Numbered from the stretch's first letter, positions 1 to 9,876 are shown. The stretch is DNA of 64,000 nucleotides from an uncultured bacterium (GCA_963845185.1 CAWJRG010000005.1:704001-768000), one strand, 5' to 3'. Program-made: numbers and translations. Notes: a model not told the origin generated them from the letters alone.

Positions 1-153
1 GAATTTTATTACAAAATTTTCACTCAATTCCACCTTCTGCTGCGTTGACTCGATATTTGCCCCGTTATCCGAACTTGCCGTCCCTTCTTCAGCAAAAATA
101 CTTACAGCACAAACCAGGAAAAATACAAGAACCGCAAAAATTTTTAGTTTCAT
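1..153 (-). CDS. Partial secreted hypothetical protein (runs off the left edge)
   Basis: AGGAG RBS then MKLKIFAVLVFFLVCAVSIFA-EEGTASS..., a signal-peptide-like start; frame open to position 1. Confidence 0.65.
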   Translation of the reverse strand, partial: MKLKIFAVLVFFLVCAVSIFAEEGTASSDNGANIESTQQKVELSENFVIKF

Positions 154-327
154 TTTCATTCTCCTTTTTTTGTTTGGTCTAAAATAAATCAGCAAAATAC
201 TCCTGCTGATTGGTGAAATTGTTGCGCCATCAACAAACAATTTTACAGTATTGGGGTTTTGCATGAATAATTATAGCAAAATTTTTAATCAGTTTCTACA
301 ATATTACTTTATTTTCGGAGGCGAAAA

Positions 328-2250
328 TTAATTTCTTTTTATTGCCAGTCCCATGCCTGAAAAAACAAGTTCGTGGTGCTCGCCGGTCTGGGGTTTGTTT
401 TGAGGGGCGCAGAGGGAAAAAACAATTGATTTTATTTTCACAGGCGGCATCGGGAAATGGAAAGTTTCAGTTTTTCCGAGCCCCCTTTTACCGGACAACA
501 GCTCGTGCAGTATGTTGTTCTCATCCATTACAGCAACGAAAAGGAGCGAGCTGTTATCCCATTTCATGGCCGTTTCCAGATACGCGCCGGGAATAACAGG
601 AGGCGCAGCGGCCAGGGAAATATTCAGGTCGGCATGCTGTATGAAATAATGGTACCCTTCTTTTCGTTCGGTGTCGTCAAAAGAAAAAACAGCATGTTTG
701 CCGGCAAACGCGGAAGCCTTATGAATGTCCCTGTCTGAACGCAGCATTTTCCATTTGTCATGGTCCATGAAAGAAATGGTAAATTTTTTTTCAAAATTTC
801 CGTCAAAACATGATATATTTTTATAAATTCTTATGAGCGGAGACTTGACGGATTCGGGTTTAAACTCGGCCACGGGTTCGCCGCATTCCAGAGTCCTGTC
901 ATTTAAACCTCCAAAACTGCTGAGCGCAAAATACCTGTATCCGGCAAGATTTTCCGGCAAAAGCTCTGCGGGCATATATGTGACGTCCCTTGCCGGGTCT
1001 ACAAGCGAGTGGTTCGCGTTAACGGCCGGGTCATAATCTGTCAGGGGCGGCCCGTATTCTTCGTAAATCAGGGGCGAACCTGCCGGTATGTTCTTTAAAA
1101 TCCAGTCCCTGGCAATAACCCTTGTGTCGGGTTTCAAATACTGTCCCACGGTCATGATCGAGCCGTAAATACCAAAGGCCAGAATCAGCATAGAAGCGGG
1201 GTAAAAAAGATATGCCGGGCTGTATAATTTTTCAGTGATTAGGCAGGCTGTTGCCAGGTAGAGAAAAGGTATTATCAGAGCTGTGTGAACCTCGTAATTT
1301 ACCTTCATTGAAAAAAGCACAAGGAGGTATGGCCATACAAGCAAAGGCATCAGGCGTTTTTCAAAACTGCCGGTGAAAGTGTAATAAAGCAATGCGGCAA
1401 AACCAGCAAGAGCAGGCACTATCCCCATGCCTTTGCCTGCAATGTACTGCATAAAAAACATGTTCGGGAAATGTGACGGCGCATTGCCTGTATACCCTGT
1501 AAAAGTCAGGTAAAAAATGGATAAAAGTTCAGGATAGCTTTTAAACACCGGTAAAGTCAAAGCCAGGGTTAAAAACAAGCCTGAAAATAAAACCGCAAAA
1601 CTAGAGCCGTATTGTTTCTTATCCCCTTTTAATATTACCGCTGTCAGGGGTATGAAGAGCGCCAGGGCATTATATTTTGCCAGCGTTGCCGCGGCCGCAA
1701 AAACTGACGCAAAAAAAAGAAACAGCAACCGGTTGTTTTTTAAAAACATGTTTAGCATAAGAAATGATGTCAGCGCCAGAAACACCATGAGCGAGTCTGG
1801 CTTTATCACCCACGAGATGTCAACATGCGCGGGAGAAAACGCCAAAAAAAGGCCTGCAAGTATTGCTGCAGGCAGGCCTGCAATAATATAGCCCAGGAAA
1901 AATATCACGCCTGTAGCTAATACGCCCATGGCAATCGAAGCAGCGCGGTCTGCCCCGTAAAAATCTTTGGGTTCAAGGGCTTTTACGCCGTTTCTTTTAA
2001 GCGCCGGGCTTGATTCATATTTTAAATAATCAACAGCCGTGAAAAAAAAATAAGTGAAAGGAGGGTAAACATAAAAATGAGGGTCAAGCCTGCTGTATTT
2101 GAGATTTTCCATGCCTGCGTTGGACATGGAGTATTCGTCTATATGGAAAAGAAAAGGCCTGCTGTAATTAAACATCTGCACGCGCAAAATAAGAGCAATT
2201 ATCATAACAGCCATAAAACACGATGCAGTAACAATAACTTTCCTGTTCAT
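328..2250 (-). CDS. GT-C fold membrane glycosyltransferase (ArnT/PMT, GT39-like)
   Basis: HIDE motif after TM1, YPP motif, many TM helices, AKYN motif, DTR..A..WI motif. Confidence 0.8.
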   Translation of the reverse strand: MNRKVIVTASCFMAVMIIALILRVQMFNYSRPFLFHIDEYSMSNAGMENLKYSRLDPHFYVYPPFTYFFFTAVDYLKYESSPALKRNGVKALEPKDFYGADRAASIAMGVLATGVIFFLGYIIAGLPAAILAGLFLAFSPAHVDISWVIKPDSLMVFLALTSFLMLNMFLKNNRLLFLFFASVFAAAATLAKYNALALFIPLTAVILKGDKKQYGSSFAVLFSGLFLTLALTLPVFKSYPELLSIFYLTFTGYTGNAPSHFPNMFFMQYIAGKGMGIVPALAGFAALLYYTFTGSFEKRLMPLLVWPYLLVLFSMKVNYEVHTALIIPFLYLATACLITEKLYSPAYLFYPASMLILAFGIYGSIMTVGQYLKPDTRVIARDWILKNIPAGSPLIYEEYGPPLTDYDPAVNANHSLVDPARDVTYMPAELLPENLAGYRYFALSSFGGLNDRTLECGEPVAEFKPESVKSPLIRIYKNISCFDGNFEKKFTISFMDHDKWKMLRSDRDIHKASAFAGKHAVFSFDDTERKEGYHYFIQHADLNISLAAAPPVIPGAYLETAMKWDNSSLLFVAVMDENNILHELLSGKRGLGKTETFHFPMPPVKIKSIVFSLCAPQNKPQTGEHHELVFSGMGLAIKRN

Positions 2251-2258
2251 ATACGCTC

Positions 2259-3116
2259 CTATCTGTACTTTTCGAAATATTCTTTTAAATACGACAGCGC
2301 CGGGTCTTTTGACAGGTCTATGTCTGAATGGCCTGTACCGGCCAGGGTGCAGAAGTATTTTTCTTTTGAGCCTGCCGCATCAAACATCTTTTTCCCTATT
2401 TCAAATGCAAAAACCTCGTCGTTTGTCCCGTGAATGTAAAGCAAGGGGGCCTTTACGTTTTTTATCATGTCAATTGGCTGTGGCTTTTTATCCCGCAGCT
2501 TCTTTTCAGCTTCCAGATGTACAATTCTGCTTAAGGGCCATGGCAGCCCCCTGCTGAAACCCGGCACAGCTTCTTCCGCGCTTGTAAAAGCAGCTTCCAT
2601 TATAATACCGTCCACCTGTTTGTTTGACGCAATGTTTAGTCCCGGCACCGTGCCTATTGACTGGGTAAAAACAAATAATTTTTTCATTTTTAAAGCGTAA
2701 TTCTTGGTTATATAACCGTAAATTATATTGGAATCAACCAACAAATTGTCAAAGGAAGGTTCTCCAGTGCTGCTGCCATAGCCCCGGTAATCAAAACAAA
2801 TTACATTAAGGTTAAATTCCTTTGCAAAGAAATATAACCGTTCCTTGGCTTTATAAATGCTTTGGCCGTTGCCGTAAAAATATACAAGGTAATCATGCGA
2901 GCCTGCGTTTTCAAAAACAATACCGGCAAGCGTGTTCCCGTCTGTTGTTACTAAAATGTTTTTCCTGTATATTCCCCCGCCCATGTCCTGGTCGGTCAGT
3001 GAAGGCTGTTTTTTAGGGAAAAAGAAATTGGGCTCGTATATGGTAATGCAGGAAAAAGTAAAAAATATGGGGAGAATAAAAATAAATAAGATTTGCTTTA
3101 CTTTATTTGCCCGCAT
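2259..3116 (-). CDS. Alpha/beta hydrolase (probable lipoprotein)
   Basis: YFYGNG, DYRGYG.S.G, nucleophile elbow TQSIG, IHGTNDE, GH; FSC lipobox-like. Confidence 0.85.
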   Translation of the reverse strand: MRANKVKQILFIFILPIFFTFSCITIYEPNFFFPKKQPSLTDQDMGGGIYRKNILVTTDGNTLAGIVFENAGSHDYLVYFYGNGQSIYKAKERLYFFAKEFNLNVICFDYRGYGSSTGEPSFDNLLVDSNIIYGYITKNYALKMKKLFVFTQSIGTVPGLNIASNKQVDGIIMEAAFTSAEEAVPGFSRGLPWPLSRIVHLEAEKKLRDKKPQPIDMIKNVKAPLLYIHGTNDEVFAFEIGKKMFDAAGSKEKYFCTLAGTGHSDIDLSKDPALSYLKEYFEKYR

Positions 3117-3120
3117 TTTG

Positions 3121-3318
3121 TTACTTATCCAATTTTATATCAGGATTTTTCGGCTTTAAATTTTTATTTCCCAATTCATCTTTAATTGAGTGCTCAATTC
3201 TTTCATACTTGCATTTGGGGCATACATATTTGGTAGGATAAAAGACCGTCATAATGCTTCCGCATTTCGGGCACTTTACCTTGTCAAGAAAATTATCAAA
3301 TTTATTAAATTTATCCAT
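3121..3318 (-). CDS. Small zinc-ribbon protein
   Basis: Two CPKC motifs; AAGGTG RBS; in a run of minus-strand genes. Confidence 0.55.
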   Translation of the reverse strand: MDKFNKFDNFLDKVKCPKCGSIMTVFYPTKYVCPKCKYERIEHSIKDELGNKNLKPKNPDIKLDK

Positions 3319-3336
3319 TTTGTCACCTTCTTATGT

Positions 3337-3612
3337 TTATTTTTTAATTCTGGAAAGCCTGTATGTTACGCAGCCGTCCGGGCAGGTAAGGTCTATATAA
3401 TCTGCCTTTTCAAACCCCATATGCTCGGTCCACCGTAAGGCAAACACCATTTGGTTTATGGCAGTAAATGAGCTGCTGCACATTCCTATCGGGGTAGGAG
3501 TCCTTGCCGAAAGTGTGTAGATTTCGCCTTTTTTGCATTTGGCAGAGCCCAAACAAACTCCTGTCTCAGTCCGGATCTCTATTGCCTCGCATTTAACTTC
3601 GTAATTAGCCAT
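3337..3612 (-). CDS. TIGR04076-like small Cys-rich protein
   Basis: C...C..G, GMC..SF, TCPDG.V.YRL.R pattern; AGGAG RBS. Confidence 0.7.
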   Translation of the reverse strand: MANYEVKCEAIEIRTETGVCLGSAKCKKGEIYTLSARTPTPIGMCSSSFTAINQMVFALRWTEHMGFEKADYIDLTCPDGCVTYRLSRIKK

Positions 3613-3625
3613 TTTTAAGCTCCTT

Positions 3626-3898
3626 TTATTCGCCCAAAATTGTCTCGTTCCAATCCTTTATAGTCACCTTTCCCACAAGCCTCTCAAGAACAAAAGGGTC
3701 AATTTTGACAAATTCTTCAGCCGACTGCCTGTCCTTAAATATCCCCATGGACCCTTCCGCAGGATTTGCCCATGTGCCAACAGCAATTAATTTCCCTTTC
3801 GAATGGAATTCATCCACTACTTTTTTATGTCTGGGATATACCTGCCTTACAGTATCCATTGACACATTGCCGAGCTCATAAAAAATTACCGCTTTCAT
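3626..3898 (-). CDS. YciI family protein
   Basis: YPRH, G.....G, GSMGIF, AEEFV..DPFV, W. Confidence 0.85.
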   Translation of the reverse strand: MKAVIFYELGNVSMDTVRQVYPRHKKVVDEFHSKGKLIAVGTWANPAEGSMGIFKDRQSAEEFVKIDPFVLERLVGKVTIKDWNETILGE

Positions 3899-3958
3899 AA
3901 TTTCTCCAAACTAAATTTTTATATGTTTCCTCTTATACCAATTACCAAAATTTGAAAG

Positions 3959-4237
3959 TTACAGACCAGCCATACCCAGCAGCTTGTAAATAAGGAGCGC
4001 GGGCCAGACAATCGCCTTCAGCAGGCCAACAACGCCCATCCAGAATCCGGTTGCGTGCTGGATGAAATATACCGCGGCGCCTATAAATCCTATCCCATAA
4101 ACCGCATTATTGCCCGAACGATGAAAGCCCCTTTTGCTTTCGCCACAGCAGTTTTCTTTTTTAATCTCTTTGTCTATTTTCTTTCCTATCGAGCTTCCTA
4201 TTGTCTTGCCAATTCCTTTGCCCTGTGCTTTTGCCAT
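3959..4237 (-). CDS. Small membrane protein
   Basis: YGIGFIGAAVYFIQHATGFW.GVVG.LKAIVWPA hydrophobic hairpin; GGAGG RBS. Confidence 0.75.
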   Translation of the reverse strand: MAKAQGKGIGKTIGSSIGKKIDKEIKKENCCGESKRGFHRSGNNAVYGIGFIGAAVYFIQHATGFWMGVVGLLKAIVWPALLIYKLLGMAGL

Positions 4238-4306
4238 TTTTAGCCTCCTGATTTTATAATTTCAATGTAATATGAATTAATTTTCCGATATCCCTATATA
4301 CCTGGG

Positions 4307-4498
4307 TTATTTTTTTGCGCCAAATTTTTTCTTCATGGCGTTTGTCGGGAAAAGAACAGAGTATTTCTTTCCCTGCCAGCTGAAAAACTTGTCAATGCAC
4401 TCGCTGCAAATATCCGCCGAATGTTTTTCATCTATTACAAAATGGTTGAATTCAGGGCTGTAGTTGTCTATTGGTTTTTCACATAAAACGCATTTCAT
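4307..4498 (-). CDS. Small putative zinc-binding protein
   Basis: CVLC...CSEC; GAGG RBS. Confidence 0.7.
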   Translation of the reverse strand: MKCVLCEKPIDNYSPEFNHFVIDEKHSADICSECIDKFFSWQGKKYSVLFPTNAMKKKFGAKK

Positions 4499-4741
4499 GT
4501 TTTAACCTCTCTATGTGATATAAGAATCAACCATTCATTTTTTATTTTATCACCCCTATTACCAAAAGCAAGGTGAAACCATTGGAAAGTAACTGGAGCC
4601 CCACGGCCGAAGGCCGTGGTACCAGTTAAAATTCGGCCCGACTCGGTCTCGCCGAGAAATACCAATTAGTCGCATTTCTAAATTCGAGTTCATATAATAC
4701 GCGACGTCCAGCGAAACAGAACGCATTCAACCACGGGCGAT

Positions 4742-6371
4742 CAGACTGTGTCATAATGTTTTTGTAGTCTGAAACGATATTTGACAGATAAAAAATGGTA
4801 TAATGTCTCCAGAAAACACATCAGAAAAGGAGACAAAAATGGCATACCGATATGGAGACCGAAGTCAGTTGACAATGTTTCCGCAGAGCATAGAAGAATA
4901 TGTAGGGGAAGATGATCCTGTAAGGGCGTACGACGCGTTCGTAAAGGCGTTGAAAATGGAAGAACTTGGGATAGTAATAGATGAAACGCAAATGGGAAAT
5001 TCGGAATACGACCCTGAGGCTATGATAAAATTGCTGGTATACGGATATTCATACGGGACACGAAGTTCGAGAAAACTGGAAAGAGCGACGCATCATAATG
5101 TGTCTTTTATGTGGCTGCTGGGAGGATTGAAGCCGGATCATAAAACAATAGCAAGGTTTCGAAAAGACAACCGGGAAATGTTGAAAAACGTGATGAAACA
5201 AAGCGCAAAGATGTGTATGAAACTGGGATTGATAGAAGGAAACACGCTATTTGTAGACGGGAGCAAGATAAGGGCGAACGCGTCGATAAATAACACATGG
5301 ACAATGGAGCGGTGTGAAAAAAGGATAAAGAAGATAGAAGAAAACATAGAAGCGATAATAAAGGAGAGCGAAAAGATAGACGAGGAAGAAAGCGGCGCTG
5401 AATCACTGGTAAAGATGAAGGAAAAATTAAGAGGCAAAGAGAAATTAAAAGCAAAGATAAAAGAGGTAATGGAAGAAATAAGGAACGAGGGGAAAAAGTC
5501 GATAAATACGACAGACAAGGAATGCGTGAAAGTAAAAGGGCGTCAGGGAACGCATGCGGGATATAACGGGCAGATAGTGGTAGATGAAAGACACGGACTG
5601 ATAGTGCATAGCGACGTAGTAAACGAAAGCAATGACCGCAAGCAATTCGGGAGTCAGATTGAAGAAGCGGCGAAAACAGTTGAAAACAAATGCAAAAATG
5701 CGTGTGGGGATGCCGGATATGCCAGCATAGAAGAAATGAAAAAGATACACGACAAAGACATAAATGTAATAGTACCTTCTCAGGAACAGGTAGAGAAAAA
5801 AGACATCGGGCCGTTTGGGAAAGATAAATTCCAATACGATTCAGAGAAAGATACCTACACTTGTCCCGAAGGACAGATATTGACATGGCATAGTTTTGAT
5901 AAAAAAAAGAATCTTGAAGTATATAGGTCTACTGAAGAAAAGGCTTGTATAGAATGTAAAAACTTTGGAGTATGCACCCGGTCTCCGAAGGGCAGAATGA
6001 TAAAGAGGCTAAAAAACGAAGAACTAAAAATATTGCTTGAAGAAAAATATAAAACAAAAGAATCGCAGGATATTTTCAAGTTGAGAAAAGAGAAAGCAGA
6101 GTTGCCGTTCGGACATATTAAAAGAAATCTTGGAGTAAGCGGGTTTCTGCTGCGAGGGCTTGAAGGAGCAAGAGCTGAGATGGCGTTGTTCACAAGTTGT
6201 TTCAATATGGCTCGAATGATAAGCATTGTAGGTGTCAGGGAGTTGATTGCGCAGCTTGGATAGCAAGAAACATCGGGCCACGCAGGTTTTTTGTATAAAA
6301 CAGGATATTTTGTAGATTTTTTAATTTACCTACGGCAATCAGCTGTGGACGGAGACTTATGACACAGTCTG
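4742..6371 (+). mobile_element. IS1182-family insertion sequence
   Basis: Perfect 15-bp TIRs CAGACTGTGTCATAA (4742-4756) / TTATGACACAGTCTG (6357-6371); GAT duplicated at 4739-4741 and 6372-6374; single transposase ORF. Confidence 0.93.
4839..6263 (+). CDS. IS1182-family DDE transposase
   Basis: YGY..G..SSRKLE, PDHKTIARFR, VDGSKI.ANAS, DAGY, Y.CP.G, E.PFG.IK; start at 4839 follows AGGAG. Confidence 0.93.
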   Translation: MAYRYGDRSQLTMFPQSIEEYVGEDDPVRAYDAFVKALKMEELGIVIDETQMGNSEYDPEAMIKLLVYGYSYGTRSSRKLERATHHNVSFMWLLGGLKPDHKTIARFRKDNREMLKNVMKQSAKMCMKLGLIEGNTLFVDGSKIRANASINNTWTMERCEKRIKKIEENIEAIIKESEKIDEEESGAESLVKMKEKLRGKEKLKAKIKEVMEEIRNEGKKSINTTDKECVKVKGRQGTHAGYNGQIVVDERHGLIVHSDVVNESNDRKQFGSQIEEAAKTVENKCKNACGDAGYASIEEMKKIHDKDINVIVPSQEQVEKKDIGPFGKDKFQYDSEKDTYTCPEGQILTWHSFDKKKNLEVYRSTEEKACIECKNFGVCTRSPKGRMIKRLKNEELKILLEEKYKTKESQDIFKLRKEKAELPFGHIKRNLGVSGFLLRGLEGARAEMALFTSCFNMARMISIVGVRELIAQLG

Positions 6372-6403
6372 GATGCCCGTGGTGTTCTGCGTAGCTGGAT
6401 AAA

Positions 6404-6440
6404 TAAAAAACCCGAAGCAAAGTTCTTCGGGCTTTTATTT
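6404..6440. terminator. Bidirectional intrinsic terminator
   Basis: A-tract-CCCGAAG-loop-CTTCGGG-T-tract between convergent units. Confidence 0.7.
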
Positions 6441-6516
6441 AACTACTCTTTTTAGAATTTTACTCGCTTACTCCCACAGGGTTTCAAGGAATAATGCTGC
6501 TCTCCAAAATGTGAGC

Positions 6517-6891
6517 TTATTCTATTTCTTTCTTTTCGTTATCTATATCTACGGATTCATCCTTAAGAACTTCTACTTCCGTAACATTCGCGCTGATAAT
6601 GCCATATGTTACGCCTTGAAGCAGGTAAGTGAAAAAATTTCCTTCTGTTTTGACCCTGACTTTTTCTTTTTCCTGAATCATGTCATTTGTGCTGTTATCC
6701 CCGAGCGGTACAAGCCCCCAAAATAAATAGAAATTCCATTTGGCGCGGACATCCTTTATCTCGCCTCCATATTCAGGCATTAAATAGGCGAAGGATTTCT
6801 TGCCGCTTTGTGAAACAATTTTTACTGTACCGCACGACATAAAAATAAAAATAATAAGTACTGCAAGGGAAATTAAAATTATCTTTTTCAT
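6517..6891 (-). CDS. Bor/Iss-like lipoprotein
   Basis: Lipobox FMSC; FYLFWGLVP and TYGI..... motifs. Confidence 0.65.
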   Translation of the reverse strand: MKKIILISLAVLIIFIFMSCGTVKIVSQSGKKSFAYLMPEYGGEIKDVRAKWNFYLFWGLVPLGDNSTNDMIQEKEKVRVKTEGNFFTYLLQGVTYGIISANVTEVEVLKDESVDIDNEKKEIE

Positions 6892-7152
6892 TTTTTACTC
6901 CTTTTTATTTGTTGATTTTATTGCCGGTATTAATTATATTTTAAAAGATATTTAAGTCAAGAAAAATATGTTTTGGATTATCATTACAATAAAACAAAAA
7001 AACGGCTCACCAAAAGAGGCAACATTCACAACCGGCTAATGTCAGAGAATCCTTTATCCTTATATAATGAATTACAAATGATGTCATTTTGAAGATGTTT
7101 GCTTCGTATAGCGGGCAGAAAAGGACACGTTCACAAACGCCCCTCCTGCCAG

Positions 7153-9075
7153 TCAGACGTTCCGGTAATCAATCACGGTCTGCCTGTATGCTTCAGGCAG
7201 GCCTATGTCAAAGCGCCGGCCTTTTACTACAAGGCCGCCGAATCCCTCTTCCATACGCAGCTTATCCATGCATGATGTCAGCTGGAACTCGCCTTTTTCC
7301 CGGATGTTATGCTGTATATCCTCTTCCAAATATTCGAATATTTTCGGTGTCAGGATGTACTGACCGAATACCGTCAGGTAAAGGTTTTCCTTCATCCCGT
7401 TTATGTGCAGGTGTTTTTTCGCGTAATCCGTATCAGGCTTTTCATAAAATTCGGTTATATTAAGCTCGGAGTTTTCAATGTCCCAGTTCCCGGTGACACA
7501 GCCATAGTGGCGGATTTCATCTTCCGGTGTCAGCCTAAGCCCCACTACGCTCTGGCCCCTCTTTTCAAATAAATCCATGATCTGGCGCGCGCAGGATGTG
7601 TCGGTATCAGACGCGTAAATATGGTCGCCGAGCATCAGGAGGAAAGGCTCGTTCCCGACCCAGCTCCTGCTGCAGGATATGGCATGGCCAAAACCTTCCT
7701 GCACTGTCTGCTCTATCAATGTAATCCTGTGGCCGATATCCAGTATGTAATCGCTGTATGCCTGGTTTTCCCTGGAAAGCTTGTTGAAATTCTCGATGGT
7801 CGGCGGCATAAAAAAGAATTCCTCGAATATTGCCTTGTCAGCAGGCTGGATGATTATCCCGATTTCCTCGATGCCGGCGCTGATTGCTTCCTCGATAATA
7901 GTAAGAATCGCAGGTTTTATTTTGCCGTCATTACCGATAACAGGAAAGAGCTCTTTTTTCATTGCCTTTGACGCTGGGAAAAGCCTGGTGCCGAAACCTG
8001 CTGCGGGTATCAAAGCCTTTCTCACTTTCCTGCCGGTTTCCAAAGTAAGTTTCAGGCATGGAAGGTTCAAATCTTTTTCAATGATTTCAATCACCTTGTT
8101 CTGGCTTTCCTCGTCCTTGACGATAAACTGCGCTGTGCCGTCTCCCTGCGAACCCACTCCCTTGCCGCCGAGTATGAGGGACTGTATGGGCCCGTAATTC
8201 AGGGTTTTATGCAGGACCGGCGCTGTAAGCTGGGACGGGCATGCCGGCATGCAGTTTGAATCGAATTCCTCCTGCGCTTTTTTCATCAGTTTCCCTATTT
8301 CCGCCGCGTCCCCGGCTTCGAGCATTTCAACCGCCTTGTTTGTTATAGAGGCATTGATCGGGCCGAGATAATTCTGTACTGCCTTCTGGAGGTCGTTTTC
8401 TGCAAAGGGATAGCAGTGGTTCAGCTTGGACAGGATTTCTTTTGTATCCTTGCTTGCGCAAAGGTCCACTATCACGAAATAAAGGTTTTTGGATAATTTC
8501 AATTCTATGACGTCTATCCTGTCGCCGTCGAAAGCCATGAGTATGGGCCGGTTCCCGTAAGCGCAGCCCTGATCCATCCTTCCGCAGCGGGACGGGGTAG
8601 TGATCTCTCCCATGTAGGCAAATTCCATCTCGCCCCTGGTGGTCATTTTCAGATCATAAATCCTGTTGAACGCGCGGGCAACCATTACGCAGATGGCCGC
8701 GCTGGAAGAAAGGCCTTTTTTAATCGGGAGGTCGGTGACTGTGTTGTCAATCTCAAGGCCGCGCACCCTGTAATGGGTAAGCACCTGGTACGCTACGCCG
8801 GCGGCATAGCTGAAATAACCGCCTTTTTGGGCTTCTTTCAGCAGTTCCTCGCGTTTCATAGGAACCTCAAATACATCTGTTTTTGTTCCGTCGTTAAGGG
8901 TTGATTTTATGATTAATTTGGTGGCATGCGGCTTGACCTCGGCATAAATCCCCTGGTTGGTGCCGGATATTATTGTATAGCCCTTTTCCAGCTCGGCATT
9001 TATCCTCCGGTACCCGCCGGCCCAATCGCTATGTTCTCCAAACAGGCATATTCGTCCTGGTACAAATAGTTTCAT
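7153..9075 (-). CDS. Bifunctional GHMP sugar kinase / sugar-1-phosphate nucleotidylyltransferase (GalU-like)
   Basis: PGRICLFGEHSD, PIKKGLSSSAA, GGKGVGSQGDG (GHMP); IPAAGFGTRLFPASKAMKKE, QEGFGHA, EKP, GEFQLT, RFDIG (GalU-like). Confidence 0.85.
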   Translation of the reverse strand: MKLFVPGRICLFGEHSDWAGGYRRINAELEKGYTIISGTNQGIYAEVKPHATKLIIKSTLNDGTKTDVFEVPMKREELLKEAQKGGYFSYAAGVAYQVLTHYRVRGLEIDNTVTDLPIKKGLSSSAAICVMVARAFNRIYDLKMTTRGEMEFAYMGEITTPSRCGRMDQGCAYGNRPILMAFDGDRIDVIELKLSKNLYFVIVDLCASKDTKEILSKLNHCYPFAENDLQKAVQNYLGPINASITNKAVEMLEAGDAAEIGKLMKKAQEEFDSNCMPACPSQLTAPVLHKTLNYGPIQSLILGGKGVGSQGDGTAQFIVKDEESQNKVIEIIEKDLNLPCLKLTLETGRKVRKALIPAAGFGTRLFPASKAMKKELFPVIGNDGKIKPAILTIIEEAISAGIEEIGIIIQPADKAIFEEFFFMPPTIENFNKLSRENQAYSDYILDIGHRITLIEQTVQEGFGHAISCSRSWVGNEPFLLMLGDHIYASDTDTSCARQIMDLFEKRGQSVVGLRLTPEDEIRHYGCVTGNWDIENSELNITEFYEKPDTDYAKKHLHINGMKENLYLTVFGQYILTPKIFEYLEEDIQHNIREKGEFQLTSCMDKLRMEEGFGGLVVKGRRFDIGLPEAYRQTVIDYRNV

Positions 9076-9329
9076 AGATTATACCTCTCTTTTTTATTAT
9101 ATTAGGTAGTTTCATCCCTATTTTATCACCCCAAAGGGCAAAGGCAAGAGGAAATAGTGCAAAAGATAGTTTGGGGTATTGGGGTATAAAAAAAGCCGAC
9201 AAATGCCGGGCTTTTATTTTTGGCGCGTCATAAATCCAAGCGTTAGCGAATGGTTTATGGCTCACTAAATCATCCAATTCTCGCACTTTTTTATATCGAG
9301 GAAGGTAAAAATACTAGCCTTCTTATCGA

Positions 9330-9608
9330 CTATATTTTGAAACCAAGAATATTTAAAACAAAAAATGGAGCATAAAGGGATAATAGGATGAATATTATCG
9401 GTATGTATATTAAGCCAATCTTCCACCAATTTTTTTTATATTGTAATGCAATAAATATATAACCTATTAATGTCGAAAATAATAGTATAAACCATTCCAA
9501 ATATTCTATGGAAATTTTAGAAAAGACTGTAAATGAGCAATATAAGTAAATTGATAAAATTAAGAAAGGTAAAACAATAGACACAACAATACTGATTGAT
9601 TTCTTCAT
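9330..9608 (-). CDS. Hypothetical 3-TM membrane protein, very AT-rich
   Basis: AGGAG RBS, three hydrophobic segments. Confidence 0.6.
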   Translation of the reverse strand: MKKSISIVVSIVLPFLILSIYLYCSFTVFSKISIEYLEWFILLFSTLIGYIFIALQYKKNWWKIGLIYIPIIFILLSLYAPFFVLNILGFKI

Positions 9609-9831
9609 TAACCACTCCTTTTTACAATTCGTATTTTATCACTCTTATAACATTTGGCAAGTATAAACAGTGCGAGAGGGAAATTGGGGTATTGGCAGGA
9701 CTCGGTCACCTCGCCGCTACCTGCGGCTCGTCGACCCCCTCATTCACTTACGCTCGGCTCCGCCTCGCTTTTCCTCGCTAATCGCTCGGCGTTCACTCGT
9801 TTCGAGTCCTGGCCGGGGAAGAACCTATAAA

Positions 9832-9866
9832 CAAGAAAAGCCCTGAATAATTCAGGGCTTTTCTTG
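9832..9866. terminator. Intrinsic terminator downstream of tRNA-Asn
   Basis: CAAGAAAAGCCCTGAA-TAA-TTCAGGGCTTTTCTTG perfect inverted repeat. Confidence 0.75.
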
Positions 9867-9876
9867 CTATTATTTC

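Larger units (their letters stand above)
4590..6403. repeat. Palindromic mini-element (IS200/IS605-end-like or REP-like), about 180 bp, interrupted by the IS1182-family element
   Basis: Left hairpin CCACGGCC-GAA-GGCCGTGG (4601-4619); right hairpin ACCACGGGC-GAT-GCCCGTGGT reconstituted from 4730-4741 and 6375-6383. Confidence 0.6.

Noticed and set aside
4781..4804. TTGACA...TATAAT promoter inside the IS left end
   Set aside because: Spacer is only 12 bp; at most an extended -10 element
5107..5886. Long antisense ORFs in the transposase (also in clpC, ftsK, tamB, lysS and the Thr-rich genes)
   Set aside because: Explained by the codon bias of the sense gene; no RBS or domain signature
9029..9286. 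85-aa ORF or possible att-site remnant
   Set aside because: No RBS or recognisable motif; overlaps the kinase start and a hairpin; no matching tRNA fragment found
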